From NCBI GenBank assembly GCA_041744215.1, contig JBGTLG010000006.1, positions 1-64,000 on the forward strand: a DNA stretch of 64,000 nt, in the 5' to 3' direction. The DNA comes from Fimbriimonadales bacterium. Its GTDB lineage: Bacteria > Armatimonadota > Fimbriimonadia > Fimbriimonadales > ATM1. Of the stretch, positions 49,320 to 59,701 are shown piece after piece (positions within the stretch are counted from its first letter, which is position 1; each line of letters starts with the position of its first letter). The translations under genes were made by a program, and so were the position numbers. The notes beneath the pieces are model-generated. The model saw nothing but the letters and a program-made list of their open reading frames with translations. It had not been told where the DNA came from and ran no database searches.

Positions 49320-50066
49320 TCATCGTCGGTGGAGAACAGCCCGGAGGCCAGCCACGCACTCCTCGGCGCTCTTCAGAGGCTCAAGCCGCGGGTTATCCAT
49401 CTCTGCAATCGCGATTTGGACACCGCTTCTTTCAGCGGCGGCTCGGATTGCTGACCAGTCCAGAACGCCTCGTCCGATTTCCACATCTTCTCCATCCTCG
49501 GCAAGATCCTTGGCGTGAATGGTTGGAACTCGGCCCGCCAAGGCCTCAATGACTGCCCCAGGGTCATGACCAGCCTTCGCTACCCAGAAAACATCGACCT
49601 GCGCGTCAAGGTTTTGCGCCTCCTCAAAAAGAATCTCCCAGCCACATGCGTTCCCGTCGGTGGCTGCAAACTCGATAGCGTGATTGTGGTAGCCAAGACG
49701 AAGGCCAGCGTCTTGAAACCGCTTCGCGGCGTCGTCCAAGACTCTCGCCGTAGCCCGCCATGCTTCGACGGATGATCGGTGCTCGTCAGCCAACCAGGGG
49801 ACGGTGACAAACTTGCATCCTAACGCTAGGTGGTCTCGAATCGTGTCAGCGGAATCGATTGCCGATTCGAGACCTATGTGTGACCCGATGACTTGAAGTC
49901 CAATGTCATCAAGCTTCTGGCGGAGATCCTCGGCGTTCATCCCGCCGAAGCCAGCCAGCTCGACTTTGTCGCAGCCAAACGCTTTGACGCTTGCGCACGC
50001 TCCCAAGAAGTCCTGAGCAGTCTCCTCGCGAATGGTGTAAAGCTGGAGCGCGATTCCTATGGGCAT
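49320..50066 (-). CDS. Sugar phosphate isomerase/epimerase (xylose isomerase-like TIM barrel)
   Basis: LQLYTIR, VELAG, LGYHNHAIEF, DVFW, IHAKD, IGRGVLDW; start MPIGIAL 6 nt after CAGAAT. Confidence 0.9.
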   Translation of the reverse strand: MPIGIALQLYTIREETAQDFLGACASVKAFGCDKVELAGFGGMNAEDLRQKLDDIGLQVIGSHIGLESAIDSADTIRDHLALGCKFVTVPWLADEHRSSVEAWRATARVLDDAAKRFQDAGLRLGYHNHAIEFAATDGNACGWEILFEEAQNLDAQVDVFWVAKAGHDPGAVIEALAGRVPTIHAKDLAEDGEDVEIGRGVLDWSAIRAAAERSGVQIAIAEMDNPRLEPLKSAEECVAGLRAVLHRR

Positions 50067-50078
50067 CCGCAGATTCTG

Positions 50079-50113
50079 AAACAAAAACGGCCGCCGAGTG
50101 AGCGGCGACCGTT
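50079..50113 (-). terminator. Rho-independent terminator
   Basis: Minus strand AACGGTCGCCG-CTCACT-CGGCGGCCGTT followed by TTTGTTT. Confidence 0.75.
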
Positions 50114-50123
50114 CTCAGTACGG

Positions 50124-50456
50124 TTACTCGTCGTCTGTCGGGGGTGGCGAACCTGCCGGTCGCTGTCCGTCTCGCTGAGGCATCGGGAGGCTACCGGTCA
50201 CGCGAACCCCTAACTCCCTCTTATCAACTTTGAAGAGTCGATTGCCCTGAAGAATGTAAAGAAAGTCGCTGTCGGCAACCATCGTTGCACCGCCCGGGCC
50301 ACCCATTTGCATCGGCGCTTGAAATTGACCCCGAGGCGGCTGTCCCTGCCCGGGTCCTTGGCCGGGCCCCGGTCCCTGAGCGATCGAATAGGTGACGGGT
50401 ACTGAGAGTGCCGCGATCGCGACGCCAGCCGCTCCAATCCACTTGTGCTTGTTCAT
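50124..50456 (-). CDS. Small secreted G/P/Q-rich hypothetical protein
   Basis: Strong SD (AAGGAG), signal peptide, FLYILQGNRLFKVDK core. Confidence 0.75.
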   Translation of the reverse strand: MNKHKWIGAAGVAIAALSVPVTYSIAQGPGPGQGPGQGQPPRGQFQAPMQMGGPGGATMVADSDFLYILQGNRLFKVDKRELGVRVTGSLPMPQRDGQRPAGSPPPTDDE

Positions 50457-50538
50457 ATCTATTCTCCTTTGAGTGAGATACTCGCTGAGACGGAGCAGCA
50501 GTCCACAAGTTCACTGACCAATAGCAATTCACTGCACG

Positions 50539-51912
50539 CTAACCGTGATTCGAGCGCTTGCGGATGAAGGCGAGTGCGGCCTCACGGTCTCCCTGCGGAA
50601 CATCCCCATCGAGTACCGCCTCAGTTAGGAGCTTCTTCCAGCGCGCAACCTCTGGCCCAGGTGCGATTCCCAGTTCTTCCATGATTTCCCGGCCGTTGAG
50701 GGGCGACCCAAGCGGGGCGGTTTCTGTTTTCGTCATCACCTCGTGAAGCTGCCGTCTGATTTCGTCAAACGGAATCGGCTTTGGAATACGTCCGATAGCG
50801 GCCGCGTCCGCTTCACAGAGCTGCAGGAGAGGCTCGGTGAGTCGCCCCATATCGCGCAGCAGTCGCCTGACTGCTGATTTGGAGAACTTCGACGCAGAAC
50901 CGAGCCGCATATGATTGCCAACTAATCTCGCAACCGCTCGACACAGGCGCTTCGGGAAACGGAGCCTTCTCAGCGTCTCTTGCGTCATTTGCGCGCCTAC
51001 CTCCTCATGGCGGAAGAAGCGAACGCGGCCTTGAGGGTCTACGGACCGCGTTCTGGGTTTGCCGATGTCGTGAAACAGCGCGGCCAAGACGACCAGCAGA
51101 CGCTGCTGGTGATCGTCGTATTCAGCGGCAGCTGCCACCTCCACAACGTCGAGCGTGTGGCCCCACACATCCTTCGAGTGATAGTCCCCCTGCTCCACTC
51201 CGACCCCCTCAACCAACTCAGGAGCAATGATGTCAAACAATCCAAGCGACATCAAGTCATGCATGCTCTTGGAAGCAGAGGGATCCACAAGCATCTTGAT
51301 CAACTCGTCGCGCACACGTTCTGCGCTGACGATGCGTAATCGATCCCCCTCCGAGCGAATCGCGTCGGCGAGCCCTGGAGCAAGTTCAAAGTCAAGCCGG
51401 TTCTTGAGCCTGACCGCTCGCAGCATTCTAAGCGGATCGTCGCGAAACGTTAGCCTCGGTTCCAGTGGCGTGCGCAACAGCCGCGCACCCAGGTCATCAA
51501 GTCCTTTATCCAACAGATCGAGAACTTCGCCAGAGTGAATGTTCTTCATTAGAGCGTTGACCGTGAAGTCTCGCCGAAGTGCGTCGTCCAATAGCGTTGC
51601 AGGAGCAACGTTTGGCTTTCTTGTTTCAGGCGAATAGGACTCTTTCCGAGCCGATACGAACTCTACATTGCTGTTGCTGACTCTTATCAGCGCGGTACCG
51701 AATCTTGGGTAGCACACTGGATGCAGGGCGCTGACACCCTGTTCCCACAGCAACTGCACCACGTCAAGCGCGCTCCCTTCGACGACAATGTCAAACTCCT
51801 CAGTTGTCGGCAGGTTGAGCAGAGAGTCGCGTACGGCACCGCCAACGAGATAAAGGCGGCCTTCCCACTCGGTTCCCAGCGTCGCGGTTGCGATGCGTTC
51901 GATCGCGGTCAC
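50539..51912 (-). CDS. cca: tRNA nucleotidyltransferase (CCA-adding/poly(A) polymerase family) with HD domain
   Basis: LVGGAVRD, RRDFTVNA, DDPLRMLRA, SAERVRDEL, DVWGHT, HDIGKP, LNGREIM..PGP. Confidence 0.9.
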   Translation of the reverse strand: MTAIERIATATLGTEWEGRLYLVGGAVRDSLLNLPTTEEFDIVVEGSALDVVQLLWEQGVSALHPVCYPRFGTALIRVSNSNVEFVSARKESYSPETRKPNVAPATLLDDALRRDFTVNALMKNIHSGEVLDLLDKGLDDLGARLLRTPLEPRLTFRDDPLRMLRAVRLKNRLDFELAPGLADAIRSEGDRLRIVSAERVRDELIKMLVDPSASKSMHDLMSLGLFDIIAPELVEGVGVEQGDYHSKDVWGHTLDVVEVAAAAEYDDHQQRLLVVLAALFHDIGKPRTRSVDPQGRVRFFRHEEVGAQMTQETLRRLRFPKRLCRAVARLVGNHMRLGSASKFSKSAVRRLLRDMGRLTEPLLQLCEADAAAIGRIPKPIPFDEIRRQLHEVMTKTETAPLGSPLNGREIMEELGIAPGPEVARWKKLLTEAVLDGDVPQGDREAALAFIRKRSNHG

Positions 51913-51958
51913 CTCTCAATTATGGTCGCACCTTGCCATCTGCTAATATTGGGGGGCG

Positions 51959-52882
51959 ATGTTGCCGCGTTCGCTTCGCTCGCTTCTTTCCGGGATAATC
52001 GACTATGCCGGGATGTACCCTCCGGCCCAGCTGCCATTTGAAGAGGCGCTGAAGAATTACGTCGAGTATGACTCCCGCCCGTATAGCTGGATGGTGGGTC
52101 AATTTGTTTGTCCGATCACCAAGCTCTCTGAACTGCGAGCGCTGGATGCGCTGTATTCACACTGGAGCGATCTTCCGCTTGCACTGATTGGGAGTCCTGC
52201 AACGACCTTGAGTGAGTTATCGTCGAACTGTCAATCAGACTTTGACGAGTTCACAAAATTTACCGAAAGCAATTGGAGACCCATTTCCTACGAGTTCCGC
52301 ATCGGGCCGGAGCTGGCCCGCGAAAAGGACCTCGCATCCGCCGTTGAAGCCGTCGTTCACGCAAGCCCAGCGGATGTAGTTTTTTGCGAGATTCCCATCC
52401 TCGAATTGACCGACGACACGACCGCAGGTGCAATTGATGCGATCGCCGCGGTTGAAGGCTGCGCGACAAAGCTTCGCCTCGGCGGAGCTTCCGCTGATGC
52501 AATACCAAGTACGGAATTGTTGGCCTTCGCTATTGAGCGGCTTGCCTGGAGCGAAACGACGGTAAAGTTCACCGCAGGGCTACACCAACCCCTTTGCCAG
52601 GCGGACCCGGCTCTCGGTGCCCGAATGCATGGATTCCTAAATGTGTTCTGCGCGTCGGTGCTCGCGTGCGCGCATCGGCTCGAGCGTCAGACCATCGAGG
52701 CGATTCTAATGGAGTCGGATCCAGCACAGTTTGTTTTCGATGACGCTGGCCTTCGCGTAGGGAGCATTTCGGCGACTATGTCACAGATCGAAACGGGAAG
52801 GACCTTCGCGGTCGGCTTTGGATCATGCTCCGTCCTCGAGCCGGTCGAAGGCCTCGTCGCACTCGGATACACACTCGAATAA
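51959..52882 (+). CDS. Conserved hypothetical protein upstream of fumarylacetoacetase
   Basis: GIIDYAGMYPPA, KLRLGG, KFTAGLH, MHGFLN, FGSCS..EP motifs. Confidence 0.75.
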   Translation: MLPRSLRSLLSGIIDYAGMYPPAQLPFEEALKNYVEYDSRPYSWMVGQFVCPITKLSELRALDALYSHWSDLPLALIGSPATTLSELSSNCQSDFDEFTKFTESNWRPISYEFRIGPELAREKDLASAVEAVVHASPADVVFCEIPILELTDDTTAGAIDAIAAVEGCATKLRLGGASADAIPSTELLAFAIERLAWSETTVKFTAGLHQPLCQADPALGARMHGFLNVFCASVLACAHRLERQTIEAILMESDPAQFVFDDAGLRVGSISATMSQIETGRTFAVGFGSCSVLEPVEGLVALGYTLE

Positions 52883-52887
52883 CAGAT

Positions 52888-54177
52888 ATGGCTATCGATC
52901 CGACCACTAATCCAAAGGCCCGATCATGGATCCATGTTGATCCAGAGTCGCACTTTCCAATACAAAACATGCCTTACGGCATCTTCTCTCGAAAGCACGA
53001 AAGCAAGCGCGCTTGCATCGCGATTGGTGACCATGTGCTGGATCTCGCGATTCTTTACGATGAAGGACTTTTATCGCAAGGACAGATTCCGTTCAACGTT
53101 TTTGCGCTCGACAGGCTGAATGAGTTCATGGCGTGCGGGAGGTCGGCGTGGACGTCGACTCGCAAACGGCTGTTTCAACTTCTGGAGGAGAAAACTCCAG
53201 ACTTGCGCGATAACGTGATGGTGCAGCGACGTGCGTTGATTCCGATGGCCGATGTGCAGATGCACCTACCCGTGTTTATAGGTGACTACGTCGATTTCTA
53301 TTCGTCAGAACAGCACGCGACGAACGTCGGCAGCATGTTTCGCCCGGACAACCCGCTCATGCCCAATTGGAAGCATCTTCCAGTCGGCTATAACGGCCGA
53401 GCGTCGAGCATAGTGCTGTCCGGCGCGGCGATTCGAAGACCGTGCGGACAGATTCTCCCGCCGAACAGCGAGCAGCCGATCCAGTCGGCCTCCAACGCGC
53501 TCGACTTCGAACTCGAAGTCGGCTTCTACACCGGCAAGTCAACCGAGCTTGGAAGCAGGGTGCCGACGAGCGAGGCGGAAGACTACATCTTTGGAATCAC
53601 GCTTGTTAACGATTGGTCCGCGCGCGACATTCAGCGGTGGGAGTATCAACCTCTTGGGCCGTTCTTGTCGAAGTCGTTTGGAACGAGTGTTAGCCCTTGG
53701 GTTGTCACGCTAGATGCACTCGGGCCATGGCGAATCGCCGGACCCAAGCAGTCCCCCCCCGTTCTGCCGTATCTTAAGTATCGTGGCAAGTGGCGCTTTG
53801 ATATCCAACTTGAGGTGTGGCTGCAAACACAGAAAATGACGTCGCCACAGAGCATCTGCAAAACAACCTTCAAGAACATGTATTGGAACATGGCTCAGCA
53901 GCTCGCACACCAATCCGTCAACGGAACCAACATACAGGTGGGCGATTTGTATGCAAGTGGCACTGTCTCAGGCGATACTCCGGACAGCTACGGGTCTATG
54001 CTTGAGCTTGCTTGGCGCGGGGAGAAGCCGATCGAGATGAGCGAGACGGGAGAAGCTCGGTCTTTCCTGGAGGACGGGGACGTGGTGGCGATGACGGGTT
54101 GGTGCCAAGGGGAGGGCTACCGGGTCGGCTTCGGCGAATGCGTAGGGCAAATCCTGCCTGCCGAAGAAATCGCGTAA
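52888..54177 (+). CDS. fahA: Fumarylacetoacetase
   Basis: [68 protein letters not shown]. Confidence 0.95.
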   Translation: MAIDPTTNPKARSWIHVDPESHFPIQNMPYGIFSRKHESKRACIAIGDHVLDLAILYDEGLLSQGQIPFNVFALDRLNEFMACGRSAWTSTRKRLFQLLEEKTPDLRDNVMVQRRALIPMADVQMHLPVFIGDYVDFYSSEQHATNVGSMFRPDNPLMPNWKHLPVGYNGRASSIVLSGAAIRRPCGQILPPNSEQPIQSASNALDFELEVGFYTGKSTELGSRVPTSEAEDYIFGITLVNDWSARDIQRWEYQPLGPFLSKSFGTSVSPWVVTLDALGPWRIAGPKQSPPVLPYLKYRGKWRFDIQLEVWLQTQKMTSPQSICKTTFKNMYWNMAQQLAHQSVNGTNIQVGDLYASGTVSGDTPDSYGSMLELAWRGEKPIEMSETGEARSFLEDGDVVAMTGWCQGEGYRVGFGECVGQILPAEEIA

Positions 54178-54188
54178 ACTCGCCGTCC

Positions 54189-55445
54189 ATGTCCAACGCG
54201 TTCGAGATCGCCCAGTTGCAGCTTGACGAGGCAGCAAAGAAGCTTAGCTTAGATGCCGACCTGCACCAACTCCTCCGAGAACCGATGGCCGAGCATTGGG
54301 TCCGCATCCCAATCAGGATGGATTCTGGCGCAGTCAAGGTCTTCAGCGGTTTTCGCGTCCAATACAACTGGTCGCGCGGACCTTGCAAGGGCGGCATTCG
54401 CTTCCACCCTGAGGAAACGGTCGACACTGTGCGCGCACTCGCTGCGTGGATGACCTGGAAGACGGCGGTCGTCGATATACCTCTTGGGGGAGGCAAGGGA
54501 GGCGTAATCTGCAATCCGAAAGAGATGTCAGAGGGAGAATTGGAGCGGCTGAGCCGGGGATACATTCGCGCGATTGCTAGAAACATTGGACCAGAAGTCG
54601 ACGTGCCGGCACCGGATGTCTACACAACCCCTCAGATCATGGCGTGGATGATGGACGAGTACGAAGTCATCGCAGAAAGGCATGCCCCAGGAGTCATTAC
54701 TGGAAAGCCCGTCAATATCGGTGGATCGTTTGGCAGAGGTGACGCGACCGCGCGAGGAGGAATGATGTGTTTGCGCGAGGCTGCCGAGGCTTTGGGCGTG
54801 AACTTAAAGGGTGCCACGGTTGCCATCCAGGGCTACGGAAATGCGGGAGCGCATGCGCACCAACTTTGCAATGAGATGTTCGGTTGCACAGTCGTTGCAG
54901 TTAGCGATTCAAAGGGAGGCATATTCTTCCCGCAGGGACTGGAATGCCACCATGTGATTGAATTCAAGGAACGCAATGGGTCTGTGGTTGGCTACCCCGG
55001 ATCAGAAGCTGTGACCAATAAGGAACTCCTTGAATTAGAAGTGGACGTGCTGATTCCGTCTGCGTTGGAAGGCGTGATCACGCGCGATAACGCGGCGAAT
55101 GTCAAAGCAAAGATTGTCGCAGAGCTCGCAAACGGACCCACGACACCCGAAGCAGACGAGATACTTCACAAGAATGGGGTGTTCGTCATTCCAGACTTCC
55201 TATGCAATGCGGGCGGCGTTACTGTTTCGTACTTCGAACAGGTTCAAAACGCAGCCAATGATCGATGGAAGGAGGCAGAAGTCCATCACCGACTCGACGA
55301 GATAATGACTCGTGCGTTTCACGCGGTCTACCTCCGAAGAACGAGAGAAGATGTTCACACTCGGCTCGCAGCATACTTAGTCGCGGTCGAAAGAGTGGCC
55401 GATGCTTGCGTGACCCGAGGGTGGGCAGGATCAAGAAGCAAGTAG
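54189..55445 (+). CDS. gdhA: Glu/Leu/Phe/Val dehydrogenase, probable glutamate dehydrogenase
   Basis: [59 protein letters not shown]. Confidence 0.9.
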   Translation: MSNAFEIAQLQLDEAAKKLSLDADLHQLLREPMAEHWVRIPIRMDSGAVKVFSGFRVQYNWSRGPCKGGIRFHPEETVDTVRALAAWMTWKTAVVDIPLGGGKGGVICNPKEMSEGELERLSRGYIRAIARNIGPEVDVPAPDVYTTPQIMAWMMDEYEVIAERHAPGVITGKPVNIGGSFGRGDATARGGMMCLREAAEALGVNLKGATVAIQGYGNAGAHAHQLCNEMFGCTVVAVSDSKGGIFFPQGLECHHVIEFKERNGSVVGYPGSEAVTNKELLELEVDVLIPSALEGVITRDNAANVKAKIVAELANGPTTPEADEILHKNGVFVIPDFLCNAGGVTVSYFEQVQNAANDRWKEAEVHHRLDEIMTRAFHAVYLRRTREDVHTRLAAYLVAVERVADACVTRGWAGSRSK

Positions 55446-56105
55446 CCGAGAGTTCCACTCAGAAAGGACGCGCGCGATAACTTCGTCAGCTGACATGGCA
55501 TCCGTGTCGATTGTGACGGCGTCGTCTGCGACTTTCAGAGGGCTATCAGCGCGAGTGGTATCTCGTTCATCACGGAGCGCGATCTGTTGCCTGATGTCGT
55601 CAATCGGTGTCGTGTCGCCTTTTGCCTGGAGTTCTTTCCACCTGCGGCGGGATCGCTCCTCAACACTTGCAGTCATGTAGATCTTTAACCTCGCGTCTGG
55701 ACACACCACTGTGGTTGTGTCCCGCCCCTCTAAAACGATTCGACCTTGATCGCACAGCAGCTTCTGTCGCTTGACGAGCTCCTTCCGTACGTGCGAATTG
55801 GCAGAAAGCGCTGAGGCAAGCTCGCCAATCTCCATTGTCCGGATCAGGCTTGTCACATCCTCTCCATCGAGCAATACGGTTTGCGGTTCGCCAGGCTGGA
55901 ATTCGATCCGAGCATCAGTTGCGAGCGCTGCAGCGGCGTCTCCGTCCTCCGGCCCGAGGCCCCTGCGTGTCGCAAGCAGCGCAATGCAGCGGTACATCGC
56001 TCCAGTATCGAGGTAAGTAAAACCAAGCTCTTTCGCCACGGCTTTGGCGACCGTGCTCTTTCCGGCACCCGCAGGGCCGTCGATAGCGACTACATCTCTA
56101 AGCAT
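55431..56105 (-). CDS. cmk: Cytidylate kinase
   Basis: [34 protein letters not shown]; start MLRDVV overlaps the aroA end. Confidence 0.96.
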   Translation of the reverse strand: MLRDVVAIDGPAGAGKSTVAKAVAKELGFTYLDTGAMYRCIALLATRRGLGPEDGDAAAALATDARIEFQPGEPQTVLLDGEDVTSLIRTMEIGELASALSANSHVRKELVKRQKLLCDQGRIVLEGRDTTTVVCPDARLKIYMTASVEERSRRRWKELQAKGDTTPIDDIRQQIALRDERDTTRADSPLKVADDAVTIDTDAMSADEVIARVLSEWNSRLLAS

Positions 56106-57357
56106 GCGATAGCCGCGCGATTTCATCAATGAAGTCTGGGAACGACGTAGCGATAGCTTCCGCGCCGTGAATCTCTGTTTCACCGTCGGCAATCAATCCG
56201 GCGACCGCGAATGCCATGGCGATCCTATGGTCACCGTTCGCCTGTATCTTCGCGGAGTTCAGTTTTGTGGGTCCCGATATTGTCATTCCGTCCTCAAAAG
56301 TGTCTATGTTTGCACCCATTGCGCGCAGTCCTGCTGCGACCTGTTCGATCCGATCGCTTTCTTTAACCCGAAGTTCTTTGGCGTCTCGAAAAATGGATGT
56401 TCCTTCGCACTGCGTCGCAAAGACTGCGAGAATGGGAATCTCATCGATCAGCCTTGGAACGAGCGAACCCGCGATTGCAAACGCGCGGAACCGCTCAGGT
56501 AAGGGATCGATGAACAGATCTGCAACCGGCTCGCCTTGTTCAAGCTTGTGAGGGATTTCGCCGACGGGCACTCCTGCTGCGCGCAAGCAGTCCAGAACTC
56601 CTGACCGAGTGGGATTGATACCGACGTCCTTTACCGTTAGCGGACCGCCGAGCAAGGCTGCAGCAACGAGGAAGAACGCAGCAGAGGAGATATCACCAGG
56701 AACATTCATGTCGATCTGTTTCGGAAGCCCAGGTTCGACACGAACAGTCAGTCCGGCCTGATTGATTTGGCAACCTGCGGCTTTCAGCATCCTTTCGGTG
56801 TGGTCGCGGCTCAGCATCGGTTCGGTTACGCTCGTAGTCCCCTCCGCAAAGAGCCCGGCGAGAAGAACTGCAGATTTGACCTGTGCGCTGGCGATGGGAG
56901 AGAGATAGTCGATGCCGTGCAGGATTGCAGGATGGATGCAAATCGGCGCTGTTTCGCCTTCTATGTTCGCCCCCATGGATCGAAGCGGCTCGACAACACG
57001 TCGCATCGGTCGGCGCGTGAGAGTTTCGTCACCGACCAACTCCGCTTCAATTCCGACGCCTGCAAGCAGTCCGCATATGAGCCTCATCGTCGTTCCCGAG
57101 TTTCCGCACCAAAGCGGCGACGATGCGCTGCGAAACTGAGAGGGTCGTATCTGGACGCCCCATGTCGCATCATCGACAAGAACACCAAGCTCTCGCAAAA
57201 TTTGTAGCGTATCTTCGCAGTCTTGTCCGCGCAAAGGCGCACGAATGACACCACCCTCATCTGAAATCGACGCGAGTAAGTACGCGCGGTGCGTCAGGCT
57301 TTTATCGCTCGGAGGACGGACTTCGCCCCAAAAGCGCTTAGCAGGCGTGATCCTCAG
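56098..57357 (-). CDS. aroA: 3-phosphoshikimate 1-carboxyvinyltransferase (EPSP synthase, class II)
   Basis: PSDKSLTHRA (upstream of the ORF-track start), GNSGTTMRL, SAQVKSA, RDHTERM, DEIP, RVKESDR, DHRIAM; inferred CTG start at 57357. Confidence 0.95.
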   Translation of the reverse strand: MRITPAKRFWGEVRPPSDKSLTHRAYLLASISDEGGVIRAPLRGQDCEDTLQILRELGVLVDDATWGVQIRPSQFRSASSPLWCGNSGTTMRLICGLLAGVGIEAELVGDETLTRRPMRRVVEPLRSMGANIEGETAPICIHPAILHGIDYLSPIASAQVKSAVLLAGLFAEGTTSVTEPMLSRDHTERMLKAAGCQINQAGLTVRVEPGLPKQIDMNVPGDISSAAFFLVAAALLGGPLTVKDVGINPTRSGVLDCLRAAGVPVGEIPHKLEQGEPVADLFIDPLPERFRAFAIAGSLVPRLIDEIPILAVFATQCEGTSIFRDAKELRVKESDRIEQVAAGLRAMGANIDTFEDGMTISGPTKLNSAKIQANGDHRIAMAFAVAGLIADGETEIHGAEAIATSFPDFIDEIARLSHA

Positions 57358-58208
57358 CGTTCGCGGGCGGCCTTCGCCTTCCGAGACGCCTCGAAGAAAT
57401 CCAGTAGTTCCTCGTATTGTTCAGCCTCCACAGTGCCTCTCAACTTAGTCAAGTGGTAGATCAGGTCGTCCAGCGCGGAAACGACTTCGTCGCGATTGTT
57501 CAAGAATACGTGAGTCATCGTATCCGATTCAGCTCCCGCGTATTCTGTGAGGACGTGCCACGCTCTCCCTGCCAACTCAGAATGAACCAAGTTTTGGCCC
57601 ATTTGGGCGAGTATCCCCGCGATCGCTCGCGGCAAGTGATCCATGACCCCTGCGTGGCGGTCATGCTCTTCCGGACTCAAGATCACGGGCTTCGCGCCGA
57701 GTGTCCTTGTCAGCGCTTCAATCGCTTGCAGCGCTCCCTTGTCCGTGCGCTCGGTTGGGGTGAGGACCCAAGGCACGCCGTCAAAAAGATCCGCACGGGC
57801 GGATTCGATCCCCTCGCCATCTTCGACAATAAACGGGTGCCCGCCGACGAAGCGCGGCTTGAATCTCAATGGATAGGTCAGCGTCCAGTTGACGACCTGC
57901 GTTTTGACACTTCCTGTGTCGGTGACGATGGTGTTTACCTTGCAAAACACATCAGCCTCAACGAGGCAAGGGACGACTTGGTTGGGCGGTACTGCAAGAA
58001 TCAGAATGTCAGCATCCCCAAGATGATTTAGGGTCTCAAACGTTTGGTCAACGCACCCGATGTCGCTCGCCACTTTACGAGCGTCCCCCGATTGGTCAAA
58101 TCCGATGATGCGTTTGGCAGCCGCGATCTCGCGAAGGCGTAGGCCAATTGATCCTCCGATCGGGCCCAACCCGACGATTCCGACGGTTCCGTAGTTGACT
58201 CTTCGCAT
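57354..58208 (-). CDS. tyrA: Prephenate/arogenate dehydrogenase family protein (divergent)
   Basis: Rossmann GLGPIGGS, TDTGSVK, FVGGHP, ARADLF, EEHD..HLP; in operon with aroA and cmk. Confidence 0.85.
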   Translation of the reverse strand: MRRVNYGTVGIVGLGPIGGSIGLRLREIAAAKRIIGFDQSGDARKVASDIGCVDQTFETLNHLGDADILILAVPPNQVVPCLVEADVFCKVNTIVTDTGSVKTQVVNWTLTYPLRFKPRFVGGHPFIVEDGEGIESARADLFDGVPWVLTPTERTDKGALQAIEALTRTLGAKPVILSPEEHDRHAGVMDHLPRAIAGILAQMGQNLVHSELAGRAWHVLTEYAGAESDTMTHVFLNNRDEVVSALDDLIYHLTKLRGTVEAEQYEELLDFFEASRKAKAARER

Positions 58209-58295
58209 CGTACAGGAATCTGCCTTCGCCGCAGCGGCGATTCTCTATACTGACGCTCTAAAACGCCGTCCGGCGTCGGAAGTGAGAGAAATCGG

Positions 58296-58643
58296 CTATG
58301 AGATTACGCCGTTAGGCTTGGCTTTGCTCCGCACATAATCCGCGCTCCGCAGCAGCCACGCTCGGAAGGAGTCTTGGTCATCGAGGACTGCCTGCGGCAT
58401 AACAATGTACTCAGGCTTCTCAACATCGTCGGGAATCGTCCGAAACGTGCGAGCTCCGTCGATCAGAAGCGCTTCTTGCCGATCTTCGGGAGAGAGCTTC
58501 AGACTCACGATATCGTCCAGCAAAATTGCGAACATCTTCTCGCCCGTGTAGACGCCCATCCCGCCAAACATCTTCCTGGCGCGAGCGTCAAGGCCCTCCG
58601 AGGCTCTCATTACTTGTTCGTATCGATCCGGCCTGTATGCCAA
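58296..58643 (-). CDS. TfoX/Sxy N-terminal domain protein
   Basis: RKMFGGMGVY..KMFA, YIVMP..VLDD..W pattern. Confidence 0.85.
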   Translation of the reverse strand: MAYRPDRYEQVMRASEGLDARARKMFGGMGVYTGEKMFAILLDDIVSLKLSPEDRQEALLIDGARTFRTIPDDVEKPEYIVMPQAVLDDQDSFRAWLLRSADYVRSKAKPNGVIS

Positions 58644-58840
58644 TTGAGTCCCCTTTGTTACGGCTTGGGAATCCTAGCCCTTAAGTCTCGATCGCTCGAC
58701 CGAGCCTCCAAGGCTGCGGCTTGATTCGCTTGCGTAAACAATCCCGGCATGGAACTGCCGATGGTCTATTTTACCCAACCCCGTCCTTTGGCGCAGGGGT
58801 CGGGGGCAAAAATGGCCGAAGGTATAATTCGCCTCCCATC

Positions 58841-58927
58841 GCGCGGATGGTGGAATTGGTAGACACGCATGCTTGAGGTGCATGTGCCCTAACGGGCGTG
58901 GAGGTTCGAGTCCTCTTCCGCGCACCA
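58841..58927 (+). tRNA. tRNA-Leu (anticodon GAG)
   Basis: Acceptor GCGCGGA/TCCGCGC, anticodon arm CATGC-TTGAGGT-GCATG, long variable arm GCCC-TAAC-GGGC, GGTTCGAGTCC, encoded CCA; TATAAT upstream. Confidence 0.97.
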
Positions 58928-58957
58928 ATTCCGACGTAAGCAGGGAGGTGCGCTCAA

Positions 58958-59656
58958 ATGAGAGTCACGCGTTATCTGTTATCAACAGGCTTTGCGCTCA
59001 CGGTGTTTGGATGTGGCCCGAGCGAAGTTACCGTCTTGCACGATGCGCCACCGGAGGTTCCGGAGGGATGGCACGTCCACGTAGGCGACGGCTTTTACTT
59101 CTTCGCGACAGACAATTGGATGCTTCCTGCGGCAGTCAGCGACTTTGATGACCCGGACGCACTAAAGAACCTGAGCAATCCCGCTGTGTCGCACGGGATG
59201 GCGCGTCCGGCCGAGTCCAGCCGCGAAGGCGCCTCGGTCTTCATCGTCGATACCAGCTCTCGGCAAACGATCGGAGAGGCGCGGACGCAACTTGTTGTGA
59301 AGAAGGAGCGAGGCGGAAAGACGAACCTCGGCATCGAGGTTGAGGCGCTCAGGAAGAAGGTGCCGTCCATCGTTTCAGAATCGCCCCTCGAACTGCCCGT
59401 CGGCCCAGCACACGAGTTCGTGACGCTTCGCAAGACGATCGGCGGTGACGAAATCCATGAAATCTGGATCGTTCTCGTCGATGAGCGCGACGTTTACACC
59501 TTCCGGTTCACGGCGACTGGGACCAATGTGCCGCTCATGCAGATCGCAAGACCCGCGCTGCAGACCTTCCGCCGTGGCACGCCCCCGCCCGGCGCGCTAC
59601 CAGCGCAAGTCGAAAACCCGTTCCAGGATTTGAGCGACATGTTCGGCACAGACTAG
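58958..59656 (+). CDS. Hypothetical lipoprotein
   Basis: GGGAGG SD, signal with VFGC lipobox; PsbP-like C-terminal pattern is tentative. Confidence 0.7.
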   Translation: MRVTRYLLSTGFALTVFGCGPSEVTVLHDAPPEVPEGWHVHVGDGFYFFATDNWMLPAAVSDFDDPDALKNLSNPAVSHGMARPAESSREGASVFIVDTSSRQTIGEARTQLVVKKERGGKTNLGIEVEALRKKVPSIVSESPLELPVGPAHEFVTLRKTIGGDEIHEIWIVLVDERDVYTFRFTATGTNVPLMQIARPALQTFRRGTPPPGALPAQVENPFQDLSDMFGTD

Positions 59657-59701
59657 CCGCGCAGGTAATCGACCCGCCTCCGGCGAAGCATAATCGCACC
59701 G

